Below are positions 1 to 10,677 of a DNA stretch of 64,000 nucleotides, in pieces; position 1 is the stretch's first letter, and each line of letters starts with the position of its first letter. The stretch covers positions 192,001 through 256,000 of the forward strand of contig CAWIEK010000063.1 in NCBI GenBank assembly GCA_963835065.1, written 5' to 3'. The translations under genes were made by a program, and so were the position numbers. The stretch is from an uncultured Chthonomonadaceae bacterium. Lineage in GTDB: Bacteria; Armatimonadota; Chthonomonadetes; Chthonomonadales; Chthonomonadaceae. The notes beneath the pieces are model-generated. The model was not told the origin of the DNA and made no database searches. It saw only the letters and a list, made by a program, of their open reading frames with translations.

Positions 1-1045
1 TACCCCGATTCACGCGCAGCAGGTCGCTCCACTTGTACGCCCAAAAATCAATGAAGGCGGGCCGGGACATCAGCGCATCGGCAAGTTTGGCGCGTTTTTG
101 CGGGTCGGTATCGGCGGCAAAGGCGCGGGCTTCGTCCGGCGTGGGCAGCGCCGCCCGTCAGATCCAGCGTGACGCGCCGAACGTATTCCAGATCGTTCGC
201 TTGCTGGCTCAGGGGCAGACGCAGGCCGGCAAGTTTGGCAAGAACCAGATCGTCAATGTAGTTGGCGCGGGGCGCGGCAGCCAGCGTTTGCGCCGTCACC
301 TTGTTCGGGAACGGAACCATCACGCGGGCAACCGCAACCCGGTCCTGATAGCCGACCATAATCGCCGTTTGTCCAACTCCGGCAATGGAAACCAGGCCGT
401 CCGGCACAACCGTTGCCACGTTTTCATCATTGGTGGCAAACCGCGCCCAATGGGTCACATCGCGCTTGCTGCCATCCGAGAAAACCGCCTGTACATGCAA
501 TTGCGTCTGCGCTTTGGGCGCAAGGGACTGCACGGGTGGCGTCACCTGCAAGCCGGTCACATGCGGGTCGCGCATATCGGGCCAGCCGCGCCCTGCCGCA
601 GCCAATTCGACAGAATGGCGTAATCCGGGCTGTTGCGGGTCAGGGCTTTGCCGCCCAGATGCGGCGTTTCCAGCAGGGGCTTGCGCAGCAGCAGGCTTTG
701 CGCGGGCAGGGCAAGGTCAACGCGCCGCCCCCGTGACTGCCGGCAAATGGCAGAATAGTCCAGTTCGGGCGCAAAGCCGCGCAGACTCAACTTGAAGCCG
801 TTTTTGCCCGCCGCCGCGCCGTGACACGTCCCGGAATTGCAGCCGTTGCGCGTCAGCACGGGAATCACGTCGTTAATAAAACTGACGGGTTTAATGACAT
901 GAGCAGGCGCAATGGCATGAGCATGAGCCGCAGCGCGTTTGTATTGCGCCGACCCGCGCAGCGCCAACAGCGCCAACAGCGCCGCCGTCATGCCGAGCAT
1001 ACGCCGACCTGATTGAAAGCCGGATGGAAGGGAAAATTGAAGCAT
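1..1045 (-). CDS. DUF1549/DUF1553 Planctomycete-type secreted protein with Ig-like (Big_2) domain; frameshifted, runs off window start
   Basis: ORF 557..1210 has signal-like N-terminus and 'SFINDVIPVLTRNGCNSGTCHG...GFKLSLRG'; continues in ORF 48..605 ('RDVTHWARFATNDENVATV', 'NYIDDLVLAKL', 'EYVRRVTLDLTG'); frame changes near 595 and 140. Confidence 0.8.
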
Positions 1046-1354
1046 AAACTCCCGGAGGTTTCCTTTAGCCGCGAATACACGCGAATGAACGCAAATAGGC
1101 AAAGACAAGAATAGAATGGTTGCGTAAAGGCTTGTGCCACAGAGAACGCTACATACAAATGCAGCACGACGCATAGCGCATTTTACCCGCGCGCTTGAAG
1201 GATTAGACACAACAAGGCCGCGCTTGTGGCAAAAAGGTGCTGCAAATTGTTCCCACTTGCGTGAAATAACTTCGATATTCCGCCCAAGCGCAGGATTTTG
1301 TCCCGCCTTTGCACAACAGCATACCGCAATACTGACACGCGGGGGATAAAAGGA

Positions 1355-1801
1355 ATGGAAATTGCAGATTTAGCGGAAATCGAGGGGCGCGCGTACCCGG
1401 CGCGGCGGCGAACGCAAAATCTGGTCGGCGGCGCGTCTCCGCTTCAGGCTGCCGCGTTCAGCATGGGCTACGTCACGCTGGAACCCAACGGCGGGCAGGT
1501 TCCGTGGCACAATCAGGAGCAGGAAGAAGTGTACTTCGTGCTGGAAGGAACCGGGGAAATGTGCCTGGGCGCAGAGCGGCAAGTCATGACGAGCGGGCAG
1601 GCCGTGTACATTCCGTCCGGCGTGTTTCATCAAATGACCAACCTGGGCGATACGCCCCTGAAAATGCTCTACTGCTACGGCCCCGCCGGCGAAGTCGCGC
1701 ACTGGAAGCAGGAACTCGACGGCACACTGCCCAAAGCCGGGCAGGACGCGCCGCCCTTGCCGGAGGGGGCGCAGCCGCAGCATACCAATGATGAGCGATG
1801 A
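1355..1801 (+). CDS. Cupin domain protein
   Basis: 'PWHNQEQEEVYFVLEG...GQAVYIPSGVFHQMTN' cupin motifs; ATG at 1355 after AAAGGA. Confidence 0.9.
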   Translation: MEIADLAEIEGRAYPARRRTQNLVGGASPLQAAAFSMGYVTLEPNGGQVPWHNQEQEEVYFVLEGTGEMCLGAERQVMTSGQAVYIPSGVFHQMTNLGDTPLKMLYCYGPAGEVAHWKQELDGTLPKAGQDAPPLPEGAQPQHTNDER

Positions 1802-1856
1802 ATGATGAGTGATGAATATGAGTTTGTTCATCACTCATCACTCATCATTCATCACT
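1787..1856. repeat. Tandem-heptamer inverted repeat (ARTGATG x4 / CATCAYT x4)
   Basis: aatgatg agcgatg aatgatg agtgatg, ~10-nt loop, ttcatca ctcatca ctcatca ttcatca; supplies the cupin stop codon. Confidence 0.9.
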
Positions 1857-1868
1857 TTGCCTAACACC

Positions 1869-3026
1869 ATGACTACAACCCACCACATCGGCATCCTTAT
1901 GAACGGCGTCACGGGGCGCATGGGAACCAATCAGCACTTGATGCGTTCCCTGGTCGCTATACGGGAACAGGGCGGCATCCCGCTTCCCAACGGCGATACC
2001 ATTCTGCCTGAACCTGTTCTGGTCGGGCGCAATGCGGCGAAACTGGAAAAACTGGCGCAGCAGGCGGGCGGGGTACGCTGGACAACCGATCTGGATACGG
2101 CCCTTGCCGACCCGAACAACCAAATCTATTTTGACGCGCAGTTGACGCAGTTACGCGCGTCCGCCACGCAAAAAGCGATTGCGGCGGGCAAGCACATTTA
2201 TTGCGAAAAGCCTACGGGTGTCAGCGTCCACGAAGCTTATGGCCTGTATCTCGCGGCGAAAAACGCGGGCGTCAAGCATGGCGTGGTGCAGGACAAATTG
2301 TTTCTGCCCGGCCTGCTTAAACTGAAATGGCTGATTGACAGCGGCTTTTTCGGGCGTATTCTATCGGTGCGGGGAGAATTCGGCTACTGGGTGTTTACGG
2401 GCGAGGATCAAATTGCGCCACAACGCCCCTCGTGGAACTACCGGCAGGAAGATGGCGGCGGCATCATCGTGGATATGCTCTGCCACTGGCGTTATGTGCT
2501 GGACAATCTGTTCGGCAGGGTGCAAAGCGTGTCGTGTTTGGGAGCCACGCACGTTGCAAGCCGCGTGGATGAGCAGGGGAAGCCGTATGCCTGCACCGCA
2601 GACGACAGCGCGTATGCTACATTTCAATTGGAAGGCGGCATTATCGCGCACTTCAATTCCTCGTGGTGCGTTCGGGTGCGGCGCGACGACCTGCTCACGC
2701 TGCAAGTGGACGGCACGAAGGGCAGCGCGGTTGCCGGACTGCGCGATTGCGTGATGCAGCCTTACAACGGTACGCCGCGTCCCGTCTGGAACCCCGACAT
2801 AGCCAGCCCCATCCATTTTGCCGAGAGTTGGATGCCCGTTCCCGCCAACCAAACCTTCGATAACGGCTTCAAAGCGCAATGGGAACTGTTTCTCAAGCAT
2901 GTGGTTCTGGATACGCCCTTCCCCTACGACCTGCGCGAGGGCGCAAAAGGCGTCCAATTAGCCGAAGCCGGAATCGAGTCATGGCATAAGCGCTGTTGGG
3001 TAGATTTGACGGAGTTACAGGTGTAA
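1869..3026 (+). CDS. Gfo/Idh/MocA family oxidoreductase
   Basis: Rossmann 'NGVTGRMG', 'KHIYCEKP', 'GGGIIVDMLCHW'. Confidence 0.92.
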   Translation: MTTTHHIGILMNGVTGRMGTNQHLMRSLVAIREQGGIPLPNGDTILPEPVLVGRNAAKLEKLAQQAGGVRWTTDLDTALADPNNQIYFDAQLTQLRASATQKAIAAGKHIYCEKPTGVSVHEAYGLYLAAKNAGVKHGVVQDKLFLPGLLKLKWLIDSGFFGRILSVRGEFGYWVFTGEDQIAPQRPSWNYRQEDGGGIIVDMLCHWRYVLDNLFGRVQSVSCLGATHVASRVDEQGKPYACTADDSAYATFQLEGGIIAHFNSSWCVRVRRDDLLTLQVDGTKGSAVAGLRDCVMQPYNGTPRPVWNPDIASPIHFAESWMPVPANQTFDNGFKAQWELFLKHVVLDTPFPYDLREGAKGVQLAEAGIESWHKRCWVDLTELQV

Positions 3027-3068
3027 GGGATAAGTGGCAAGGGATAAGTCATATAAGGAAAAGCGGTT

Positions 3069-4011
3069 ATGAATTTAACGGAAGTCCATGCGCGGCGCAA
3101 ATTGGGACGCAAAATAACGGGTATGGCGGCTATGCTGCTGCCTTTTGACGCCAACGGCGACATTGCTGAAGACGCTTATGCGGCCTGTTTGCGCGACACC
3201 GTTGCGGCGGGCTTGACTCCGGCGGTCAATATGGATACGGGCTATGTCAACTTATTGACCGATGAGGAAAAAGAGCGCGTTCTAAAACTGGCGCGGCGGG
3301 CGTTGGGCAATGCGCCGTTTGTGGCGGGCGCGTATATCGAGGGGCAGGATGGCGATGTGGCGGACTTGTACCGGCGCGAAATCGCCCGCATTGCCAAGTA
3401 TGGGGGTACGCCCATTTTGTTCCAAACCTCGCGCCTGCACGATAAGCCGGTCAAAGAGGTAGTGGACGCTTACGCCCGCGCCGTTCAGGATGTGCCGACG
3501 GCTTACGGGTTTGAACTCGGACGCATGTTCGCGCCCAACGGTGAAATCTGGACAGCCGAAATCGCCGAAGGGATTATGTCCATCCCGCAATTCAAAGGCA
3601 TGAAACACTCCAGCCTGGACAGAGTGATTGAACTGGAACGCCTTGCCCTGCGAGATCGCATACGTCCCGATTTTCAGATATTCACCGGCAACGATTTAGG
3701 AATTGATATGATCGAATACGGCAGCGATTATCTGCTTGGATTGGCCGCGTTTTCACCTTCAACGTTTGCCGAACGCGACCGCTTGTGGCAGCAACAGGAC
3801 ACGGGTTACTTCGCCATTGCCGACGCCTTGCAACTGCTCGGCAACATCGCGTTCCGTCCGCCCGTTCCCGCCTACAAACATTCCGCCGCCATTTTCCTGC
3901 ACCTGTTGGGCAAAATTCCCCACGAGCAAAACGCACCCCCGCAGCCCGGAACGCCCGCATTGGGAACACGCTATGCTCACGGATTGCGCCAAACGCCTGA
4001 ATTTGCTTTAA
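3069..4011 (+). CDS. Dihydrodipicolinate synthase-like aldolase family protein (frameshift near 3920)
   Basis: 'AMLLPF', 'GMKHSS', 'IFTGND', 'YLLGLAAF'; natural C-terminus 'PTSKTHPRSPERPHWE' lies in ORF 3736..4011. Confidence 0.8.
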
Positions 4012-4156
4012 GGATTAAGTCCCTTAAACACGGCACAATCTGGTGGCCCCAGGACAATCGGCGGCAGGCTTAACAATCAGTATTTCATATCTCATCGTTA
4101 AGGCTGGTTTACGATGAGGCCGGTTTATGATGTGGCCGGTTTCCAGAAGAACACGG

Positions 4157-7100
4157 CTAATCCACGTACACAAACTCATTGGCGCAGAGGAGTATCTGGC
4201 AATACTGCTCCCATGCGGCAGAGTCTTTCGCCGTCGCGCGGGCGCGCTGCAAGAAGGATTGGGCAATGCGGGTTTCGTCCTCACCGGCGGGGCGTCCGTA
4301 CAGCAACAGGTACGCGCGCTGGATGCGGGCAATGGCGCTGTTCGGGCCGTCGGGGATTTCCGTCGCCAATCGCTGCGCAAGGGCGCGGGTCTGGTCGAGG
4401 ACGAATGGGTTGTTGAGCAGGTACAGGGATTGCGGCGCCACTGTGGAGACGGTACGCCGATCCACGCAGGCCGTCGAATCCGCGCCATCGAACAGGGGCG
4501 CGAACCCGGCGCGATCCGAGCGAATGGTCATGTAATACAGCGTCCGGCGCGGAACGGTGAAATCCCGGTACGCCACGCCGCCCATCGTCTTGTCCAATTT
4601 CCCGGACGCGGCCAGCAAACTGTCGCGCACGGCCTCGGCTTCCAATCGCTGCCGCATCATGCGCCCCACAAGCCGATTGTCCGGGTCGGCCTTCACGGTT
4701 TCCGCTCGCCCCTCGCTCGCCTGCTGATACGTCGCCGACAGCAGTATCAGCCTGTGCAGCTTTTTGGTAGACCAGGAGCAGGCGAAGGTGTCAGGTTTCA
4801 GGTTCCAGGTATCAGGGCTTGCAGATTGAAAGGTCTTTCCTGAAACCTGAGACCTGAAACCTGACACCTGTGTGTCCTTCCCTGACCCCTGACCCCTGAC
4901 CCCTGACCCCTCCACGAAGTGGCTTGCCAGCCAGTCCAGCAGTTCGGGATGCGTGGGTTTTTCGCCGAGGAAGCCAAAGTTGCTGGGTGTGCCGACGATT
5001 CCCTTGCCGAAGTGGTGCTGCCAGACGCGGTTGACCCACACGCGGCCTGTCAGTGGGTGCGTGTCGGATGCCAGCCATTCCGCGAGTTGGAGGCGTCCGC
5101 TGCCCTGCGTGATGGGCGGCTGGTTTTCGCCCGCGATGACAACCGGGAAATGGCGCGGAACCATGTCGCCCAATCGGGCGTAACTGCCCCGGATGTGAAC
5201 GCGCACGTCATGGACGCCCGCGTGGGGGCTTTCGGGACAGCCTCCCTCCTGCGCAGCGTTGGCAAACGCGATGGGCGGAGGCGGGCTTTTGCGCAGGGCG
5301 TCCAGCTGCGTCTGCGCTTTTGCGATGGCGGCGCGGGCTTCGGGCGACAGTTGGCTTTCTTCCGCCGGGTTTTGTATCCAGAACGGGCTGCTTGCGTCCG
5401 CAGCGGTAAACGAATGGGCAAACTGCTGAATGGCCTGCTGCGCGTTGGCGGGAATTGCGGCTGCGGTTCCGCTTCCATCCGCAACGGCTTGCCGAACCAG
5501 CGCCAGGTCGGGATTGAACACCGCGTCGGGCGTGGCGTTGCGATGCCGGTCCGCCATGTCTTCAAAGCGCCACACGCCCGCGTTGCCGTAGCTGTCCGTA
5601 TGCGGGTTGCCCTTGCCGCCTTGCAGGGGATCGGCCATCAGATCACGGGCCAGATTCCAGGCGCGCATAGCCTTCACGCCCGATTGTGACAGAGAGTTGA
5701 TATTTGCCAGAACCGTTCCTGATGCAGTCGGGGATGTGCTGTTGGCAGCGCCGACTTCCGTAATGGTCAGGTCTACAACCGTCGTGTCGAAGCCGTAGTT
5801 TTCTTTGGGCAGGACGGCCAATTCGATCTGGTCGCCCTGCCGCACGGACACGGTTTTCAGATTGGCGGCAGTATGTCCCTGCGCAAAGTCCTGCTTGCCG
5901 CCATTGGGAAACTCGCCCGTCGCCAGTTCCCGCGCTCCTCCCGCGCTGCGCTGATCGAGCGCCCAGGCAATGCCGTCGCCCCCGTTGGGGTCGGCATCCG
6001 CCACGCCCCCCGTAATCTGCACGGTTCCTGTAATCGGGCTTTGCCACGCGACGACAACGCCGTTCGTCGGGCCGGGATGGACGCACACGGAACGGGGCGG
6101 GAGGGTCAGGGAACTAAGCGGACGGGGCGTGTCATTGGTGTTAATAAGCGCATTGGGGCAGTCTGCCGCGCCACGCCACGCGCTTACGCCCTTAATACCC
6201 GAAGCGTCCGCCTGTGACTGCAGCATCAGCGGGTAATCGCCCGTTTTCAAAAAATCGTTCCACTGCCGGAACGCCCAGAGTTGTAAGTTTTGCGACGCGG
6301 CAAAGGCTTCGGGTGTCTGCGTTGCCTGCCCAATCGGGCGATGCGCGTACAGCCATGTGGCCTGCGCATACCGCTCGGTTTGGGGCAGCAGGCTGCGGGC
6401 ATGGTCGCGCAGGACGTTGTCGCGCATCTGTTTCACTTGCGCCGCGCTGCTCGCCAGTTCCTGTTGATACGCTTCCCGCCGCGCTTTGGCCTGCGGCGTG
6501 TCCAGCGAAACGCGCAGGATGGACTCGCCCGCCCCTTTGGGCGACAGCTTTGGCAGGATGTGCGTGCTAAAGAAAATCCCCGCAAGCCCATAATAATCTT
6601 TGGTGGAAATAGGATCGAATTTATGATCGTGGCAACGGGCGCAGGCAACCGTCAGCCCCATCATGCCCCGGCTGATAACATCCACCTGATCGTCGGCAAT
6701 GTCGGTCAGGATTTTATCTTTGTCCGCATCCCCATTGCCCCAGTTGCCGATAGCCAGCAAGCCGGTGGCGATAATGCCATCGGGGTTAATGGTGATTGGT
6801 GGTTGGTGGTTGGTGGTTGGGCTATTCTGTTCCCTGTTTCCTGTTCCCTGTTCGCTCCCTGACCACTCTGGAAGCAAATCTCCCGCAATCTGATACTTGA
6901 GGAACCAGTTGTAGGGCAGGTCGCGGTTGAAGGCGTTGACGATCCAGTCGCGGTAGCGCCAGGCTTCGCTGATGTCGCCGTCACTGCCCGATCCCCGCGC
7001 ATCCAGGCTGTCGGCGTAGCGTACCAAATCCAGCCAGTGCCGCCCCCAACGCTCGCCATAGGCGGGGGAGTCAAGCAGGCGATTGACGACCTTTTCCCAA

Positions 7101-7564
7101 GCGTCCGGCGATTTATCTTTGACGAACGCTTCTACGTCTTCGGGGGTTGGCGGCAGACCCGTCAGGTCGAACGAGGCGCGGCGAATCAGCGTCCGGCGAT
7201 CCGCCGGGGCAGCCGGTTTCAAGCCTTTAGCTTCCAGTCCCGCCAGAATAAAGCGGTCAATCGGGTTCTTGCACCACGCCACGTTCTTCACTGCGGGTAG
7301 AGCCGGGTTCTTCACCGATTGAAACGACCAGAAGGAGGTTCGATTTTGGATTTTCGATTTTGGATTTTCGATTGCCGATTGTGAATTGGCGATTGGCGAC
7401 TGCTTGCCTACTGTTCCCTGTTCCCTGTTCCCTGTTCCCTGTCCTTTCGTCTTCTGCCCCTGTGCCAATACCGCGCAGGCGGTCAGCAGGCATAGGGACG
7501 CGCCCGCAAGCAGACCTGCAAACGGCGCTTGCTTGAAACATTGGGAAGGATGGGGAGTTGCCAT
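4157..7564 (-). CDS. DUF1549/DUF1553 (PSD1) domain secreted protein with heptamer-repeat insertions
   Basis: 'NPIDRFILAGL', 'YGERWGRHWLDLVRYADS', 'CARCHDHKFDPI', 'PTHPELLDWLA', 'RLEAEAVRDSLLA', 'LLCANEFVYVD'; signal peptide. Confidence 0.92.
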   Translation of the reverse strand: MATPHPSQCFKQAPFAGLLAGASLCLLTACAVLAQGQKTKGQGTGNREQGTVGKQSPIANSQSAIENPKSKIQNRTSFWSFQSVKNPALPAVKNVAWCKNPIDRFILAGLEAKGLKPAAPADRRTLIRRASFDLTGLPPTPEDVEAFVKDKSPDAWEKVVNRLLDSPAYGERWGRHWLDLVRYADSLDARGSGSDGDISEAWRYRDWIVNAFNRDLPYNWFLKYQIAGDLLPEWSGSEQGTGNREQNSPTTNHQPPITINPDGIIATGLLAIGNWGNGDADKDKILTDIADDQVDVISRGMMGLTVACARCHDHKFDPISTKDYYGLAGIFFSTHILPKLSPKGAGESILRVSLDTPQAKARREAYQQELASSAAQVKQMRDNVLRDHARSLLPQTERYAQATWLYAHRPIGQATQTPEAFAASQNLQLWAFRQWNDFLKTGDYPLMLQSQADASGIKGVSAWRGAADCPNALINTNDTPRPLSSLTLPPRSVCVHPGPTNGVVVAWQSPITGTVQITGGVADADPNGGDGIAWALDQRSAGGARELATGEFPNGGKQDFAQGHTAANLKTVSVRQGDQIELAVLPKENYGFDTTVVDLTITEVGAANSTSPTASGTVLANINSLSQSGVKAMRAWNLARDLMADPLQGGKGNPHTDSYGNAGVWRFEDMADRHRNATPDAVFNPDLALVRQAVADGSGTAAAIPANAQQAIQQFAHSFTAADASSPFWIQNPAEESQLSPEARAAIAKAQTQLDALRKSPPPPIAFANAAQEGGCPESPHAGVHDVRVHIRGSYARLGDMVPRHFPVVIAGENQPPITQGSGRLQLAEWLASDTHPLTGRVWVNRVWQHHFGKGIVGTPSNFGFLGEKPTHPELLDWLASHFVEGSGVRGQGSGKDTQVSGFRSQVSGKTFQSASPDTWNLKPDTFACSWSTKKLHRLILLSATYQQASEGRAETVKADPDNRLVGRMMRQRLEAEAVRDSLLAASGKLDKTMGGVAYRDFTVPRRTLYYMTIRSDRAGFAPLFDGADSTACVDRRTVSTVAPQSLYLLNNPFVLDQTRALAQRLATEIPDGPNSAIARIQRAYLLLYGRPAGEDETRIAQSFLQRARATAKDSAAWEQYCQILLCANEFVYVD
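4788..4910. repeat. In-frame heptamer inverted repeat (TCAGGTT / AACCTGA) plus CCCCTGA x4 inside a CDS
   Basis: gtgtcaggtttcaggttccaggtatcagg...cctgaaacctgagacctgaaacctgacacctg...cctgacccctgacccctgacccctgacccc. Confidence 0.9.
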
Positions 7565-7687
7565 GCGCTTTTCCTCTGGATTGATTTGCGGCCTGGATAG
7601 TTTTCCGCACAAGACATTCGTGGTACAATACACACATCAACATAAACCTGAACACTCAACGCTCAACGCTTAACAGAGACGCACCGC

Positions 7688-8641
7688 ATGGACCCGCCTC
7701 GCTGCATCGTATTTTCCACGCCATTGATTTCCACCTGGGTACTCGATGAAACCCACCGCGTTCTCTTCGACGCGGGGGATGGCTGCGCCGCCCTGCTGGA
7801 AGGCAAAATTCATAAAGCGAACTACGTGGCGCTGACTCACGCGCACCGGGACCATATCGCGGGCCTGCCGCAGCTGCTCAACCTGCGCGGCGCGGTTGCG
7901 TTCGGCGCGGGTACGCCCCTGCAAGTGCTGCATCCCGAAGGCAGCGGCTCTTTAGTGGCGTTCGGGCGGTTTTTGGCGCAGTTCGATCATGTCACGGCGG
8001 GGCAGGCGCACTGGCATTCCCTGAAACCGGGCGAACAGCGCGAGATTGGCGACGACCGTTTTCTGCGCGCGTTTTCCACACACCATATTCCCGACCCTGA
8101 CCCCACGCATCATCGCAGTTTGGGCTACCACATCGGGCGCATGGTGGATCGGCTGAAACCGGAACTGCGCGGCAAGTCCCAGGCGGAAATAGACCGTTTT
8201 CGCGCCGAACACGGACGTGACGCGCTGACCCACCGCGAGGAAGAAATTCTATTCAGCGTGTCGGGCGATACGCGCCCCCTGTCGCCGGAAACCTACGCGC
8301 AAAGCCGGTTTCTGCTGCACGAATGTACGTTTTTGGACACGGATGAAAGCGACCAGGCCGAAGCCTGCGAACGCGGCCACGCCCATTCCTGTTTGGGCGA
8401 AGTGCTGGATATGGCGCAGGCCGCGAATGTGCAGCACCTGGGATTGTACCACATCTCCAAGCGGTATACCGAAGAAGAAATCGTCCGTACCGTGCGCGCC
8501 GCCTGCGCCCGCCGCGACCTCAAAGCCAAAGTGAGCATCGCCCTGCCCGGACGCATCCACTACGACCTGTTTTCCCAAACCGTCTGGCCCTCAAAAGTGG
8601 TTGAACCGGCCCTCACCCCAACCCCTCTCCCAACTTTGTGA
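7688..8641 (+). CDS. Metallo-beta-lactamase fold hydrolase, RNase Z-like
   Basis: 'FDAGDG', 'THAHRDHIAGL', flexible arm 'LKPELRGKSQAEI', 'SGDT', 'HECTF', 'HS', 'YHISKRY'. Confidence 0.8.
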   Translation: MDPPRCIVFSTPLISTWVLDETHRVLFDAGDGCAALLEGKIHKANYVALTHAHRDHIAGLPQLLNLRGAVAFGAGTPLQVLHPEGSGSLVAFGRFLAQFDHVTAGQAHWHSLKPGEQREIGDDRFLRAFSTHHIPDPDPTHHRSLGYHIGRMVDRLKPELRGKSQAEIDRFRAEHGRDALTHREEEILFSVSGDTRPLSPETYAQSRFLLHECTFLDTDESDQAEACERGHAHSCLGEVLDMAQAANVQHLGLYHISKRYTEEEIVRTVRAACARRDLKAKVSIALPGRIHYDLFSQTVWPSKVVEPALTPTPLPTL

Positions 8642-8648
8642 GAGGGGC
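8604..8648 (+). repeat. boxC-like palindromic element
   Basis: AACCGGCCCTCACCCCAACCCCTCTCCCAACTTTGTGAGAGGGG; near-identical reverse copy at 53214-53261. Confidence 0.75.
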
Positions 8649-8737
8649 TATTCTCGAATTTTAAGGGGGACTGAATAGTTCACCAAAACAGAATTTTCCG
8701 TCCGGGACGATTGGCCGCAGGCCTGATAACCGGCTTT

Positions 8738-9700
8738 TTATAAGCCGGAATTCCCCCCGCCTTGCCGCGTGTGCCGAACGGCGCGGCGACGCAGCAGGAC
8801 GCGCAACAGCAGCGCGATGGGCAGCCAGAAAATGCCCCAGATGCCGAGCCAGATGACAGCCGACCACAGCGATTGGCCGAACTCCACCACCGAACGCGCC
8901 GCATCCGAAGCCACCTTGCCGCTGCTGAACGTTTGCGGCGGCACGATGGCCTGCGGCCTGGGCGTTTCCTGAATGGTCATATTGAACGTGGAATACGCCA
9001 CGCGGTGCGCCAGAAACTTCAAGCGGCCTTCGATTTGCTCCACTTCCTGCCGTACCCGCGTCAATTCTTTTTCAATCAGCAGGGTGTCGCTGAGTTTGCC
9101 CGTTTTGGTGAGATGATCCAGCAGGCGCATTTCGGCGCTTTTCAGATTGCGCAGCCGCGCCGATGAATCCACAAACTCTTCAGTGACATCTTCGGTATTC
9201 ACCTGTTTGTCGAGAATTTTGCCCAGCGTTTCCATTTGCTGCATCGAAACGTCGAACTGTGAGGCGGGAACCCGCACCTGTAAGGTAATGGAGCGCGTTC
9301 CCAAGCTGTCTACCGTTTCATGCGAGTCGGAAACGTAGCCATGTGCGCCCCGCGCAAACGCGATCATTTGCTCGGCGACTTTGCGCGCGTCCGGGGCTTC
9401 GATACGGACAGTGGCGTTTTTAATCAGGTAACGATCCGGCTGCGCGTCCGTCAGCGAAACCAGTTTTAGGGTTCCGTCCGTATCGGTTTTGCCGGCGGGG
9501 GATTTCCCCTCGATCTCTCCTGCGGTGGCAGCGTCTTGCGCTAATCTCGGGGCAGGCATTGGAGCCGCCTTTGGAACTTCCGCTGTACCGCTCGCCTCGG
9601 TTTTATACGCTGATATAGCCTCATGGCTCCCACAGCCTGCCAGCGTCAGCCATCCCAACAGCAGCGCCCCGCCCAATTGCCAGTGTTGCTTTCGTCGCAT
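8738..9700 (-). CDS. DUF4349 domain lipoprotein
   Basis: Lipobox LAGC; 'LIKNATVRIE', 'EDVTEEFVDSSARLRNL', 'IEGRLKFLAHRVAYST', C-terminal TM. Confidence 0.88.
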   Translation of the reverse strand: MRRKQHWQLGGALLLGWLTLAGCGSHEAISAYKTEASGTAEVPKAAPMPAPRLAQDAATAGEIEGKSPAGKTDTDGTLKLVSLTDAQPDRYLIKNATVRIEAPDARKVAEQMIAFARGAHGYVSDSHETVDSLGTRSITLQVRVPASQFDVSMQQMETLGKILDKQVNTEDVTEEFVDSSARLRNLKSAEMRLLDHLTKTGKLSDTLLIEKELTRVRQEVEQIEGRLKFLAHRVAYSTFNMTIQETPRPQAIVPPQTFSSGKVASDAARSVVEFGQSLWSAVIWLGIWGIFWLPIALLLRVLLRRRAVRHTRQGGGNSGL

Positions 9701-9784
9701 GATTTCACCCTCCCGTTGCCTGCGCCCAATTTTTTGCGTCAACGGTTTAGTTCCATGCGACGCGGCAAAGGTTCAAATGTTGCA

Positions 9785-10519
9785 TTACGGCGCGACAAAT
9801 ACTTCCAAATGGCAGAAGCGTTCGCGCAGTAGTCCGGCCAGGGCGCGCAATCCCCATTGTTCGCTGCGCCGATGCCCCACAGCAATCACGCCTATTCCCA
9901 ACGCGCGCGCTGCCGAACGCGCCGGGACGCGGAATTGTCCGGTGAGATACGCCTGCGCGCCCCGTTCCCCCGCTTCCCGTACCAGGGCTTCCGTCATCGC
10001 GCCGACAACGGCAATTCGCGTTACCCTTACCCCGCCGTTCGCAACGGCGTCTTCATGCCCGCCGAAAATCGTATCAACGGTTGCCAGAACATCCGCAAAC
10101 GGCTGCGGCTTAATGTCGCCGATCATGCCAAGCGGGCGTCCGTCCTTTGCGCCGAAAACCTCCGTGCCGCTCAGGAGCAGGGCATCGGCCAGACGCGGGC
10201 TGTCACCGGGCGTCAGATACTCATCGAACGGCAAATGATAAAACAAGACGCCTGTATTTTCCAACAGGGATTGGCGCCGGTGTTCTCCATTCTGTATAAC
10301 GCTTTGAAGCAGCGCGTCGAATTTCCACGGGCGATGCAAAAATAGAGCATCTATTTGTTCCGCTTCCATCCACGCCGGCAGATCGGGCCAGGGTTCAAGC
10401 GCAAGCCCAATGCGGCGAATAGGGCGTTCGGAGGCGTGATAAATGCCACTTCCCTCCGCGCCGTAGTCCTCAATGGCAAAGTAAGCGTTCAAAAAGGCGG
10501 CTATGTCGTACAGCATAAG
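9785..10519 (-). CDS. Nif3-like dinuclear metal-centre protein
   Basis: 'IGLALEP', 'FLHRPW', 'YHLPFD', 'YLTGQ', 'VGHRRSEQWGL'; start uncertain. Confidence 0.8.
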   Translation of the reverse strand, partial: LMLYDIAAFLNAYFAIEDYGAEGSGIYHASERPIRRIGLALEPWPDLPAWMEAEQIDALFLHRPWKFDALLQSVIQNGEHRRQSLLENTGVLFYHLPFDEYLTPGDSPRLADALLLSGTEVFGAKDGRPLGMIGDIKPQPFADVLATVDTIFGGHEDAVANGGVRVTRIAVVGAMTEALVREAGERGAQAYLTGQFRVPARSAARALGIGVIAVGHRRSEQWGLRALAGLLRERFCHLEVFVAP

Positions 10520-10677
10520 CGGTGGAGTCCCACATTGCCGGGGATTTTCAATTCCCGGCACATTAGAATGTCCTGAATTTCAAACACGCCTGCGAATTTG
10601 CCCGATAGATTGCGGCGGCAATTACGAACTTAACTCATGCCACACGTTTCTTCTTCATCTTCCGGCAGGAGATTTCT

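Noticed and set aside
1068..1096. CGCGAATACACGCGAATGAACGCAAAT 10-mer-like tandem
   Set aside because: Only three degenerate units and no partner arm; possibly another repeat family but unsupported within this window.
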